A stretch of DNA of 64,000 nucleotides. It comes from an uncultured Fibrobacter sp. (GTDB lineage Bacteria; Fibrobacterota; Fibrobacteria; Fibrobacterales; Fibrobacteraceae). The stretch lies in the NCBI GenBank assembly GCA_946414075.1, contig CAMKNA010000008.1, forward strand, positions 7,687-71,686, read 5' to 3'. Below, in pieces: positions 46,636-55,120 of this stretch. Under the pieces are notes generated by a model. It was not told the origin of the DNA and searched no databases. It saw only the letters and a program-made list of their open reading frames with translations. Made by a program: the position numbers and the translations under genes. The first letter of the stretch is position 1; every line of letters starts with the position of its first letter.

Positions 46636-48648
46636 ATGGTGTTGGTAATACGGATTCTTTTTGTCTCGTTGATTTTGGCTAGCGTCGCCTTGGCCGATGG
46701 GTGGAAGGTTTTTTCACAACCGTCGCCAGTGTATGCCGCCATTCCCTACGATTCGGGCTATGTCCTTGCCACAGGTGGTGGCATACAGTTTGAAACGCCA
46801 AGGGTTCGGCGGCTTTTTACTTCTGCCGATGGCCTTGGGGCGACCTCTTTTTCTGCCGTAGTCGAAACATCTTCTAAAATCTACGGGATATCGGAATATG
46901 GCCTGATTGCCGCCTATGACAAGAACGCATCTCGCTGGAATGTCGTAAACCGTTCCTATTTGAACAAAATGGTGAAGGTTGTTCCAGGGCAGGCCGTAGC
47001 AGAAAAGAACAGTATGGTTGTCGCCTTTGAAGACAGGCTTGCCTTTTTTGACATGGAACAAAATGGATATCTGCTGACAATTGACAAGATAGGGACGATA
47101 TCCTTGATAAATGAGCATCCCGAAAAAATTTCCATTGTCCAAGATACCTTGTTTGTTTTGTTGGGAAAAGATATCTATTGTCGAAAAATGGATTGGGATA
47201 ACATGACGGGAGACATGCGCCTGGCAGACCCGTCATCATGGACTAGAAAATCTGGGGAGAAAAACGAAAAGCAGTATTTTGGGAATCAAATATCCGATTT
47301 TTCCAAGATCAATCGCAAGACGACATTTGGTAATTTTACTTTGAACAGTGTCTATGAGATGACTTCCGTTCCAAAGGGAGGAATAGTGGCGGCAACATCC
47401 CATGGACGGATGGCGTATAGTGATGGAAATTCCTGGCGGAATAGTACGCCCATTTGGAATGGTATTGGCAGCCTTACGGGGTCCTATGATAATCGGATGA
47501 AAATTCTTTCTTCTCTTGACGACGGCCTGCTTTTGGCCCATGTGTGGGGAAGGGGACTGTTCTTGTTCAAGGACAACGGGTACACTCTCTTTAAGGCGTT
47601 TACTCCGCAAAGCGAGAACAGTTGTCTTGACGAGTACCTGAATGATTATACCGTGGCGGTTGGAACCACCGTCGCTCCGGACAGTTCTGGATTTTTGATT
47701 GCCACATCTGAAAAAAAAGGTTATGGGCTTGTCTACATTACAAGATCCGGCGAAATCAGTTGTATGTCCGGAGTGGGCAGTTCGCCGGTTGCTGGGACCC
47801 TGGTAGCAAAGACTGATTCCAAAACGGGGGATTGGCTTGTGTATGTCTCTTCCAGAGAGGGATTCTTTGTATCTCTGGCGGGGTCCCTGGATGTGTTTAG
47901 GATCCCTCCTCCCCTCAAAAACGGCGGAAGATTGTCTGTGTCCGAACGAAAGAACTACGAGATTCCAAGCAAAAGGGCTCCACTGGATTTTGCCTTCGAT
48001 AAGGACGATGGTGCCCTGTGGATGGTTTCTGTAAGTGACTTCGTCTATATGGACGAAGACAGGGATACTCTTATTTCCCCCAGTTCAACGAAGGGCCTGA
48101 TGGGGGTGGAATACTCATCTATGGAAAGCGATGTCCAGGGCAATATCTGGCTTGGAACGGCTGGTCAGGGAGTTTTTCGGTTGACAAAGCGCAACAAGTC
48201 CAAGGATACTCTCGCCGTAGAGCGCTTTACGGTGGAGAATGGTTTGATGAGCGACAGGGTTCATGACCTGACGATTGATCCTGTTCTGGGAATGGTCTGG
48301 TTTGCCCATGATGGTGGCGTAACCCGCTATACCCGCAAGGATTTGAGAAATGCAGAAAAGATGATGACGGCGGATGCTCCCGCCGAAGTCAAGGCCTATC
48401 CGAATCCTTTCCGGCCCAAGCGGGGGCAGCGCCTAGTTATTGACAATATCTCGGAAGATTCCTTTGTGAGCGTCTATAATCGGGGCGGTTCGCTGGTAAG
48501 GTCGTTCTACGACAATGATGTTCTGGGTGGCCGTGTGGAATGGGACGGAACCGACAAGACCGGGAAATTGGTGGCTCCTGGAGTTTACCACTATCTGGTG
48601 CGAAAAGGTTCCAAGAAAAAGACGGGAAAAATCATTATAATTCATTAG
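46636..48648 (+). CDS. PorZ-like exported beta-propeller protein with C-terminal Ig-like/FlgD domain
   Basis: ATGGG, T.ADGL, DVQGNIWLGT..GV, FTVENGL.SD.V, KAYPNPF, EWDG..GKLVAPGVY. Confidence 0.75.
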   Translation: MVLVIRILFVSLILASVALADGWKVFSQPSPVYAAIPYDSGYVLATGGGIQFETPRVRRLFTSADGLGATSFSAVVETSSKIYGISEYGLIAAYDKNASRWNVVNRSYLNKMVKVVPGQAVAEKNSMVVAFEDRLAFFDMEQNGYLLTIDKIGTISLINEHPEKISIVQDTLFVLLGKDIYCRKMDWDNMTGDMRLADPSSWTRKSGEKNEKQYFGNQISDFSKINRKTTFGNFTLNSVYEMTSVPKGGIVAATSHGRMAYSDGNSWRNSTPIWNGIGSLTGSYDNRMKILSSLDDGLLLAHVWGRGLFLFKDNGYTLFKAFTPQSENSCLDEYLNDYTVAVGTTVAPDSSGFLIATSEKKGYGLVYITRSGEISCMSGVGSSPVAGTLVAKTDSKTGDWLVYVSSREGFFVSLAGSLDVFRIPPPLKNGGRLSVSERKNYEIPSKRAPLDFAFDKDDGALWMVSVSDFVYMDEDRDTLISPSSTKGLMGVEYSSMESDVQGNIWLGTAGQGVFRLTKRNKSKDTLAVERFTVENGLMSDRVHDLTIDPVLGMVWFAHDGGVTRYTRKDLRNAEKMMTADAPAEVKAYPNPFRPKRGQRLVIDNISEDSFVSVYNRGGSLVRSFYDNDVLGGRVEWDGTDKTGKLVAPGVYHYLVRKGSKKKTGKIIIIH

Positions 48649-48674
48649 TGTCTTTTGACAAGGAAATTCTGATA

Positions 48675-49193
48675 ATGAAGAATAGGCGGAATTTTATTGG
48701 TGTTTTTCTGGGGGCGGGGTTGCTGTGTCTCGGCAGCGTGGTCTTTGTATCGTGCGCTGGGCAGCGGCAGGGGCTTGTTTGCGAAGAGATTGAATACCGC
48801 CTGAATAATATGTCCTATTCTCCGGACCAGCGGTACTATATGGAAGAAGAACTTCGGTCTTGCCGTGAGGAAGAAGCGAAAAAGAAAGGGGAAGGTGCAG
48901 AATCCAGAAAAAGTATTTACGAAAGGTTCGCCTCCCAGGATTCGACAAGAAAAGTACATACGGAAGGCGATTCGCTTTCTGGTGAGGAATCCCCCGACAT
49001 TCCCGTATCTGAGCTGCTAAAGGATTCTTCGGGCAAGGAAACGACTTCCATCTATGACCGGTATGGCTCTGAAAATCCAGAGACAGAACAGGATTCGTCA
49101 AGTGTTTCTCCGGCTGATAGCACTGCTGTTTCAGACAGCACGACAAGCGGGGTTTCATCTGACAGCACGGCAAGCGAGGCCCCGCAGGAATAA
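48675..49193 (+). CDS. Lipoprotein of unknown function with Ser/Asp-rich tail
   Basis: Lipobox FVSC; TAATG coupling to the next gene. Confidence 0.75.
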   Translation: MKNRRNFIGVFLGAGLLCLGSVVFVSCAGQRQGLVCEEIEYRLNNMSYSPDQRYYMEEELRSCREEEAKKKGEGAESRKSIYERFASQDSTRKVHTEGDSLSGEESPDIPVSELLKDSSGKETTSIYDRYGSENPETEQDSSSVSPADSTAVSDSTTSGVSSDSTASEAPQE

Positions 49194-50476
49194 TGGTTAC
49201 GGTACGCACACTTGCGGGCGCCGAGTTTTCGCCCGACCTTCCGGGACGCCTGCTGAAGATTGCCCACGACATCCGTGATGCAGGCGGCCGCGCCTTTCTG
49301 GTGGGCGGCTGGGTCCGTGACGCCCTGCTTGGGAAAGCTTGCCGGGACTACGATATCGAAGTTTACGATATGGCCCAGGATGCCCTGGTGCCGCTCCTTT
49401 CGAAATATGGCCGCACCAATTTGGTGGGCAAGGCCTTTGGCGTCATCCATTTGGCCATGAAGGGTCTTTCGCTGGACTTTTCCTTTCCGCGAACTGAAAA
49501 TAAGGTGGGCTATGGCCATCGCGGGTTCGTGGTGCATACCGACGAGAAACTCAGTTTCAGGGAGGCGGCTCTCCGTAGGGACTTTACCATCAATGCCATG
49601 GGCATGGAACTGCCAGAACTTGCGCTTTGCGATCCCTATGGCGGTATGGATGACCTGAAGGCCCATGTGCTTCGGCATGTGAGTGAAGCCTTTGCCGAAG
49701 ATTCCCTGCGCATCTTACGGGGCGTACAGTTTGCCAGCCGTTTTGAGCTGATCCTGGCGCCTGAAACGGCGGAGCTTTGCAGGAGTCTCTCCCTAGAAGA
49801 CCTTTCCAAGGAACGGATTTACGAGGAATTTAAGAAGTGGCTCCTGAAACCGGGTAGGCCTTCCCTTGGCCTGCGGGCCTTTCTGGAAATGGACTTGCTG
49901 CGTTTTTTCCCCGAGGTAAAGCCCCTGGGCGGCAGTTTCGAGAATCTGGGGCAGTTCCTGGACAATGTTTCTGCGAAGGCGGTGGGAGAAAGTGAAGACT
50001 CCCGAATGACCCTTGCCTTCAGCGCCCTGCTTTCGGGGAATTCCTGTGGCGAAGATTGGACAAAATTTCTTGAGGGCATGACCAGCGAGGTGAAAATCCT
50101 TCGGAATGTTCCCAGGTTGTTGAAACATGCCGCTGCGATTACGCCCAATGCGTCGTTTCCTGAGGACCCTTTTATTAGACGGCTGTCTGTGGCCTTGGAC
50201 GGCTTGCGGGAATGCTGTGTCTTTATGGCGTCTAATCCGCAATATCCCGAAGATTTGCGCATGATTTTTGTGAATCGCCTAAAGACCCGCGCCCTTGAAT
50301 TGGGTGTGTACGAAAAGGCCCCGGAGCCTCTTCTTACGGGGCGTTTCTTGATGTCTCTAGGGCTAAAACCTGGTAAGCAGTTCGGTGAACTGATTCGCGA
50401 AAGTTTCGAGCTTCAGCTAGACGGAAAATTGCAAGACGCGGAACAGGCCGAGGCCTGGGCTAGGTCGAAAGTTTAG
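49193..50476 (+). CDS. cca: tRNA nucleotidyltransferase (class II CCA-adding/poly(A) polymerase family)
   Basis: VGGWVRD..DYDIE, RRDFTINA, DPYGG, EDSLRILR, SKERI..E. Confidence 0.85.
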   Translation: MVTVRTLAGAEFSPDLPGRLLKIAHDIRDAGGRAFLVGGWVRDALLGKACRDYDIEVYDMAQDALVPLLSKYGRTNLVGKAFGVIHLAMKGLSLDFSFPRTENKVGYGHRGFVVHTDEKLSFREAALRRDFTINAMGMELPELALCDPYGGMDDLKAHVLRHVSEAFAEDSLRILRGVQFASRFELILAPETAELCRSLSLEDLSKERIYEEFKKWLLKPGRPSLGLRAFLEMDLLRFFPEVKPLGGSFENLGQFLDNVSAKAVGESEDSRMTLAFSALLSGNSCGEDWTKFLEGMTSEVKILRNVPRLLKHAAAITPNASFPEDPFIRRLSVALDGLRECCVFMASNPQYPEDLRMIFVNRLKTRALELGVYEKAPEPLLTGRFLMSLGLKPGKQFGELIRESFELQLDGKLQDAEQAEAWARSKV

Positions 50477-51812
50477 CGAGCATTTCGGGAACCTGCGTCA
50501 ATACATTCAGTAGCGCTAAGATAAGGGCCACGGAAAGGAAAAGGTTTCTGTGCTTTTCAGAGATTATCTTCGAGAATAGGCATAGGATGATGAAAGCCAG
50601 TATCCAGTCGGTTACGAAGAAGACCCTTTCGCCGGATGCGTAGATTGTGGGCGAGAAGAACATCATGGCCTCGCAAAGGATGGCCACGACAAAGAGAAAC
50701 AAACCCCTTGCTCCGAGATGCCTGTGGATTAAAAACAGGGTGAAGGACGCCGCCCCAAGCCACCAGACCATGGCGGCGAAATTCAGGGCCGTGGCGTTTA
50801 CGATGCTGGGGAATACTTCGGGTCGTATGGCGGGGTCAATGTAGCTGATTCCCGTGTCGGCCAGTGCGGTGATGCCTGCCAGCGGCATGATGGCGACCAC
50901 TGAAAATAGGGCCGTTGCCACGATGGTGGGCTTGCTCTTGGGATTTGCCGAAAGGAGAGCAGCAATCCAGATGAGGACTAGGAAGATCTTTCCTTCGTTG
51001 GCAAGGGAAGATAGTATCCATTGGACCGAAATGAAGGCGTGCTCCCCGAAGGAAAGGTTTTTAAATGTGGGGAACCAGGTTTCGGTTTCGGCGGCGATCC
51101 TTAAGGTGTTTCCCGGGGCCGCAAGGACCACGGCAAAGGTGGCGAGAAGCACAATCGTCTCCACGGCCAGACCCGTGGGAATTTTTTTCGAGACGACTTT
51201 CTGGACGGCGATGGCCCCGATGAAGTAGGCCAGCAGGAAAAAGCCAATCTGTTCGATGGAGGAGACGGCAAATAGTCCGAAAGGAATGGAAGCGAGAATC
51301 CTTTTTGTGGAGAGAATGCCATCTGTAAAGTAGTCAAGAGTCAGGTAGATGCAGGCGAGGGCGCTGACCAGTGCCCAGGTATAGAATACGGAGCCGTTGA
51401 CCCAGATGGCGGCGTGTCCGCAGGTGACAATGTCCATTAGGAGAAATCCCGAGCAGGTCAGGAGAAAGAGCCTAAGGTCGTTCCAGGTCGGTGTCGCGCC
51501 CCCAACGCCGGGATAGAACTTCTTCACAATCAGGAACACGAGAGTCGGGAGCGCCGTGACCATGAAGGCGTTTACCACTCGCCAGAACCAGATTCCCAGA
51601 GTGAATGTGATGTAGATGGCGGTCTCTCCGCCGATGCGGCCTGTCCAAGTCAGGTAGCGTTCCTTGAGGTAGTCTAGGAACGACATGCTTCTGACGCAGC
51701 TGTCAAAGAAGGCGTCGTCGCCGTCGGAATAATGGATCTTGCAGAAGACGGCAAAAGCGGCAAGGAAAATGATTCCTGGCGGAATGAAAGTTTTAAATCT
51801 TGCCCAAGACAT
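50460..51812 (-). CDS. Polytopic membrane protein, DUF6056/GT-C-like
   Basis: DGDD loop, RYLTWTGR, APGN..R, more than 10 TM helices; follows a GT2 gene. Confidence 0.72.
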   Translation of the reverse strand: MSWARFKTFIPPGIIFLAAFAVFCKIHYSDGDDAFFDSCVRSMSFLDYLKERYLTWTGRIGGETAIYITFTLGIWFWRVVNAFMVTALPTLVFLIVKKFYPGVGGATPTWNDLRLFLLTCSGFLLMDIVTCGHAAIWVNGSVFYTWALVSALACIYLTLDYFTDGILSTKRILASIPFGLFAVSSIEQIGFFLLAYFIGAIAVQKVVSKKIPTGLAVETIVLLATFAVVLAAPGNTLRIAAETETWFPTFKNLSFGEHAFISVQWILSSLANEGKIFLVLIWIAALLSANPKSKPTIVATALFSVVAIMPLAGITALADTGISYIDPAIRPEVFPSIVNATALNFAAMVWWLGAASFTLFLIHRHLGARGLFLFVVAILCEAMMFFSPTIYASGERVFFVTDWILAFIILCLFSKIISEKHRNLFLSVALILALLNVLTQVPEMLAKLST

Positions 51813-51821
51813 TGGAATGCC

Positions 51822-52928
51822 CTATTTCCACTTGAACAGCCCTAGTAGCCCGAAGGGGACGGCGAACACATTGATGGGCACTTGCATGATTTCGGTAACG
51901 GGCAGGGCCAACAGGAGCCGCTTGGAATGGAGCTTCACGGCGGCGCATGTCAAGAAAAATAAATCGCATAGCACCTTCACGCCCATGGGGATGGCAAACC
52001 AGGCGATGGGGAAGTCCGCAAAGGCTACCAGGAAGGGGCTTACGAGGAGCCATACTAAAAATGTGTAGATGAGTGAGAGCCCCAGGGTGTACAGGTGGCT
52101 GTCGTACTTGGTGCCGTTGCTGCTCCAGCGCGCCCGCTGGAAGAACAGGGCCTTCAGGGAGTCCACCGGTGCCGTGTCTATGAGGGCGTCGGCGCTCAGG
52201 TTGTAGCAGAACTGCACTCCTGGCTCCTTGATCATCTTGTGGATGAGCATGTCGTCGTCGCCGCTGGAAAGGTTCACCAAGTCTCCGAATCCGCCTACCT
52301 TGAAGAACAGGTCCTTCTTGTAGGCAAGGCAGGCGGCACTGGCCAGCATGGGGTGGCCCAGGCTGAATCCGGCGGCCTCGATGGAGGTGTAGGCCAGGGT
52401 TTCGAGTCTCTGGTACTGATGCACGGGGCTCCAGCCGCCGGTATTGCGCTTGGGTCCCTGCACGATGGCGATGTCCCCTTCGAACCGGCCTGCCATGGAG
52501 GCAAGCCAGCGTTTGGTAGGCACGCAGTCGGCGTCCATAATCAACAGCACTTCGCCCCGGGCTTCCTTGAATCCTGCTTCTAGGGCCCGCTTCTTGGGGC
52601 TTTCCACCTTCGGGAGGTTCGGGTCTAGGTGCAGGGCGTGGAACTTGTCGGAATGGGTGGCAACGAATTCGTCCAGGATTTTTCCTGTAGAATCGGTGGA
52701 GCGGTCGTCCACGCAGATAATCTCGTATTGTCCCTCGTATTCCTGGGCGGCCAAGGCGTCCAGGGTCCGTTGCAGGAACTGTTCCTCGTTTCGCATGGGA
52801 ATGACCACGGAAACATAGGGGGTGGCGCTCCCCTTGTGACGGTGCGTGCGGATAATCCCCACGGCAAATGTGAGAATGGCTACGGCATATACCGTAGTGA
52901 GCACCGCAAGGACAATTACGCTCAGCAT
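51822..52928 (-). CDS. Glycosyltransferase family 2
   Basis: IPMRNEE, DDRSTD, DADC, SGDDD, QRARW. Start at MLSVIV; the ORF-track extension overlaps the opposite-strand gene. Confidence 0.92.
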   Translation of the reverse strand: MLSVIVLAVLTTVYAVAILTFAVGIIRTHRHKGSATPYVSVVIPMRNEEQFLQRTLDALAAQEYEGQYEIICVDDRSTDSTGKILDEFVATHSDKFHALHLDPNLPKVESPKKRALEAGFKEARGEVLLIMDADCVPTKRWLASMAGRFEGDIAIVQGPKRNTGGWSPVHQYQRLETLAYTSIEAAGFSLGHPMLASAACLAYKKDLFFKVGGFGDLVNLSSGDDDMLIHKMIKEPGVQFCYNLSADALIDTAPVDSLKALFFQRARWSSNGTKYDSHLYTLGLSLIYTFLVWLLVSPFLVAFADFPIAWFAIPMGVKVLCDLFFLTCAAVKLHSKRLLLALPVTEIMQVPINVFAVPFGLLGLFKWK

Positions 52929-52979
52929 GTCCGCAAATTTAGAAAACTTGGGTGGTCTATTTTTGTATCTTGTAGCCGT

Positions 52980-53906
52980 ATGTTCAAGAAACTTGTTGCC
53001 GCCGCTCTCGTCACGGGCTCCCTCGCTTATGCAGGGGAGTACTGGAATGTGGATCCGGGTGGCGTGACTATGAAGTTTCTTGCGTTGCAGGTATCGCCGA
53101 GAACGGCGGCCATGGCGGGAGCCGGAGTGGCAGACCCTGCACGGGCTTCCGAAGTGGCGCGGAATCCCCTGGCCATGAGTGCCGTGGAATCTCCAGAATT
53201 CGGGCTCAACCAGATTGTCTTTGACGGCATGGGTTCGGACCGCTTTATCAATGTTTATTACGGACTCCCCTTCGCTGAAAAGTTCACATTTTCTGCAGGC
53301 CTGGATTATCTCGGTTACGAGGACATCGAAGGTCGTGATGAGAACGGGATGGAGACGGGGGAGTATGGCGCCTATGCCTGGGCCGCACAGCTTGGTCTCG
53401 GTAGCCGTAATTCTGCTTTCAACTGGGGTGTGACGGCCCGCTTTGCAAGCCAGACCATCGAAGACGAAACCGCTTACGCCATCCTCGGTGACATCGGAGG
53501 CTCCTTCAAGGTGAACCGCTACATGGCTTTTGGTGCGACCCTTACCAATGCGGGCTATGTCACCGCCTACGACAGCGAAGACGAATACGCCCCCATGGCA
53601 CTCCAGGCAGGCATTACGGGAATGATTCCCGTTACGGAGCGGTGGCGTGTCCATGTTTCCGCCGACGCCTACCGCCGTGCCGACACTGAAATTCAGGGTC
53701 TATTTGGTGCCGAAATTGCCTACGCCGAAACCTTGATGCTTCGCCTGGGAACATCGGTCCGTAAAGATGAAAGCGATGATTATTCCACAGGTGTTGCCTG
53801 CGGTCTAGGTGTGATCTTTGGCATGATCGTCTTTGATTACGGATATTCTCCGCGGCTTGCCTTCGACGGCGGCAACCACCACATTGCCGTGGGTCTGCGG
53901 TTCTAA
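52980..53906 (+). CDS. PorV/PorQ family outer-membrane barrel
   Basis: Signal peptide; FL..SPR.AAMAGAG, NP, GRDENG..TG.Y, C-terminal F. Confidence 0.8.
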   Translation: MFKKLVAAALVTGSLAYAGEYWNVDPGGVTMKFLALQVSPRTAAMAGAGVADPARASEVARNPLAMSAVESPEFGLNQIVFDGMGSDRFINVYYGLPFAEKFTFSAGLDYLGYEDIEGRDENGMETGEYGAYAWAAQLGLGSRNSAFNWGVTARFASQTIEDETAYAILGDIGGSFKVNRYMAFGATLTNAGYVTAYDSEDEYAPMALQAGITGMIPVTERWRVHVSADAYRRADTEIQGLFGAEIAYAETLMLRLGTSVRKDESDDYSTGVACGLGVIFGMIVFDYGYSPRLAFDGGNHHIAVGLRF

Positions 53907-53908
53907 TT

Positions 53909-54859
53909 CTAACTCGCAATCTTCACCCGACCCTTTTGCAGTTGGTAGCATAGGCTCCCGCGGCTGATCCCCAGCTTCCGCGCTGCCTTGCACTTGTTGC
54001 CCTTGCATTGCAGCAGCGTTTCTTCGATGTCGGTGAGCGTAGGCTTTTTCTTCCGCTTTCTCAAGAAATCCGTCACATATATGGAGCAGATGTTCTTTTC
54101 GTAAAGTTTGGGCACTGAAAATTCCTGGGTCAGGATTTCGGTGAGCGATACATCGTAGGGCTTCAGCACGGAATACCGCTGCAATATGTTTTTCAGCTGG
54201 CGCACATTTCCGGGCCAGGGACAGGCCTTCAGCAGGTCCATCTCTTCGGCGGAAAGTTCGCGCTGTTGGTTGCCTGGATCGCGTCTGTCGAGACGAGCCG
54301 TCGATAGGCTCCGCGCTTCCCGCCACAAATCAGCAGCCACGACATCGAAGTCCCGCCTTGCCCGCAGGGGTGGAATCTCGATGGGGAACACATTGATACG
54401 GAAGAACAGGTCCGCACGGAAATTCCCGTCGGCGATTTCTGTTTTCAGGTTCCGGTTGGTGGCGCATATCAGCCGGAAGTTCACGGGAATGCTCTGGGCC
54501 GCTCCCACGGGAGTCACCGCCTTCTCCTGCAAAATCCGGAGCAGCTTGCTTTGGGTCTCCAGCGGGAGCTCGCCGATCTCGTCTAGGAACAGGGTGCCCC
54601 CTTCCGCAGAGCGGACAAGCCCCAGCTTCTCGTCAACCGCTCCGGTGAACGCCCCCTTGAGCGACCCTTCCAGGATACTTTCGGCAAGACTCTTCGGTAT
54701 GGAGCTGCAGTTCAGCGCCACAAAGGGTTGGTCCTTCCGCAGGCCATGATTGTGGATGAACCGAGCCGCCACCTCCTTGCCGGCGCCGGATTCCCCCTGC
54801 AGTAGCACGGGAATGTTCGAAAGGGATGCGATTTCTAGCATTTTCTGTTGGTCTTTCAT
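53909..54859 (-). CDS. Sigma54-interaction (AAA+) / Fis-HTH transcriptional regulator with no N-terminal sensor domain
   Basis: GESGAGKE, GAFTGA, LFLDEIGE, ATNRNL, FRADLFFR, WPGNVRQL, GNKCKAARKLGISR. Confidence 0.93.
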   Translation of the reverse strand: MKDQQKMLEIASLSNIPVLLQGESGAGKEVAARFIHNHGLRKDQPFVALNCSSIPKSLAESILEGSLKGAFTGAVDEKLGLVRSAEGGTLFLDEIGELPLETQSKLLRILQEKAVTPVGAAQSIPVNFRLICATNRNLKTEIADGNFRADLFFRINVFPIEIPPLRARRDFDVVAADLWREARSLSTARLDRRDPGNQQRELSAEEMDLLKACPWPGNVRQLKNILQRYSVLKPYDVSLTEILTQEFSVPKLYEKNICSIYVTDFLRKRKKKPTLTDIEETLLQCKGNKCKAARKLGISRGSLCYQLQKGRVKIAS

Positions 54860-54985
54860 GATGCCTCCGACGTAATAGACGGGGAAAAGGACCGTTTTTT
54901 GAACCTTCCCGTTGATTTTTTACATAATTGTTCTCTTTTTTACAATTTGCAAACGACTGTTGCCTCCTTTTTCTATATTTGCGCC

Positions 54986-55120
54986 CGCGATAGAAAATTC
55001 TGTCGCAGACATAGACACATCAATCAAAGTGGCTGGCCAGATGGGTAGGCTTGGGCACGACAATCGCGAGGAAAGCGGTTGCGCTCGAAGCCGAGAGGTT
55101 TGGTGGCCCGAAAGGAAAAA
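54986..55120 (+). promoter_or_regulatory. Structured 5' leader of aspartokinase; partial lysine-riboswitch-like RNA
   Basis: TATATT at 54974-79; hairpin 54987-55006; long hairpin 55031-55108 with AUGGGUA/GAGAGG internal loop ending in GCCCGAA next to the SD. Confidence 0.5.

Noticed and set aside
51822-53906. Apparent long overlap between ORFs 51822-53654 minus and 52629-53906 plus
   Set aside because: Artefact of upstream alternative starts; the plausible starts are 52928 and 52980, giving a 51-bp divergent gap.
55026-55120. T-box or SAM riboswitch in the lysC leader
   Set aside because: It lacks the UGGNACC antiterminator bulge and the SAM-I/IV GCAACC core; only the lysine-riboswitch P2 resemblance was kept.
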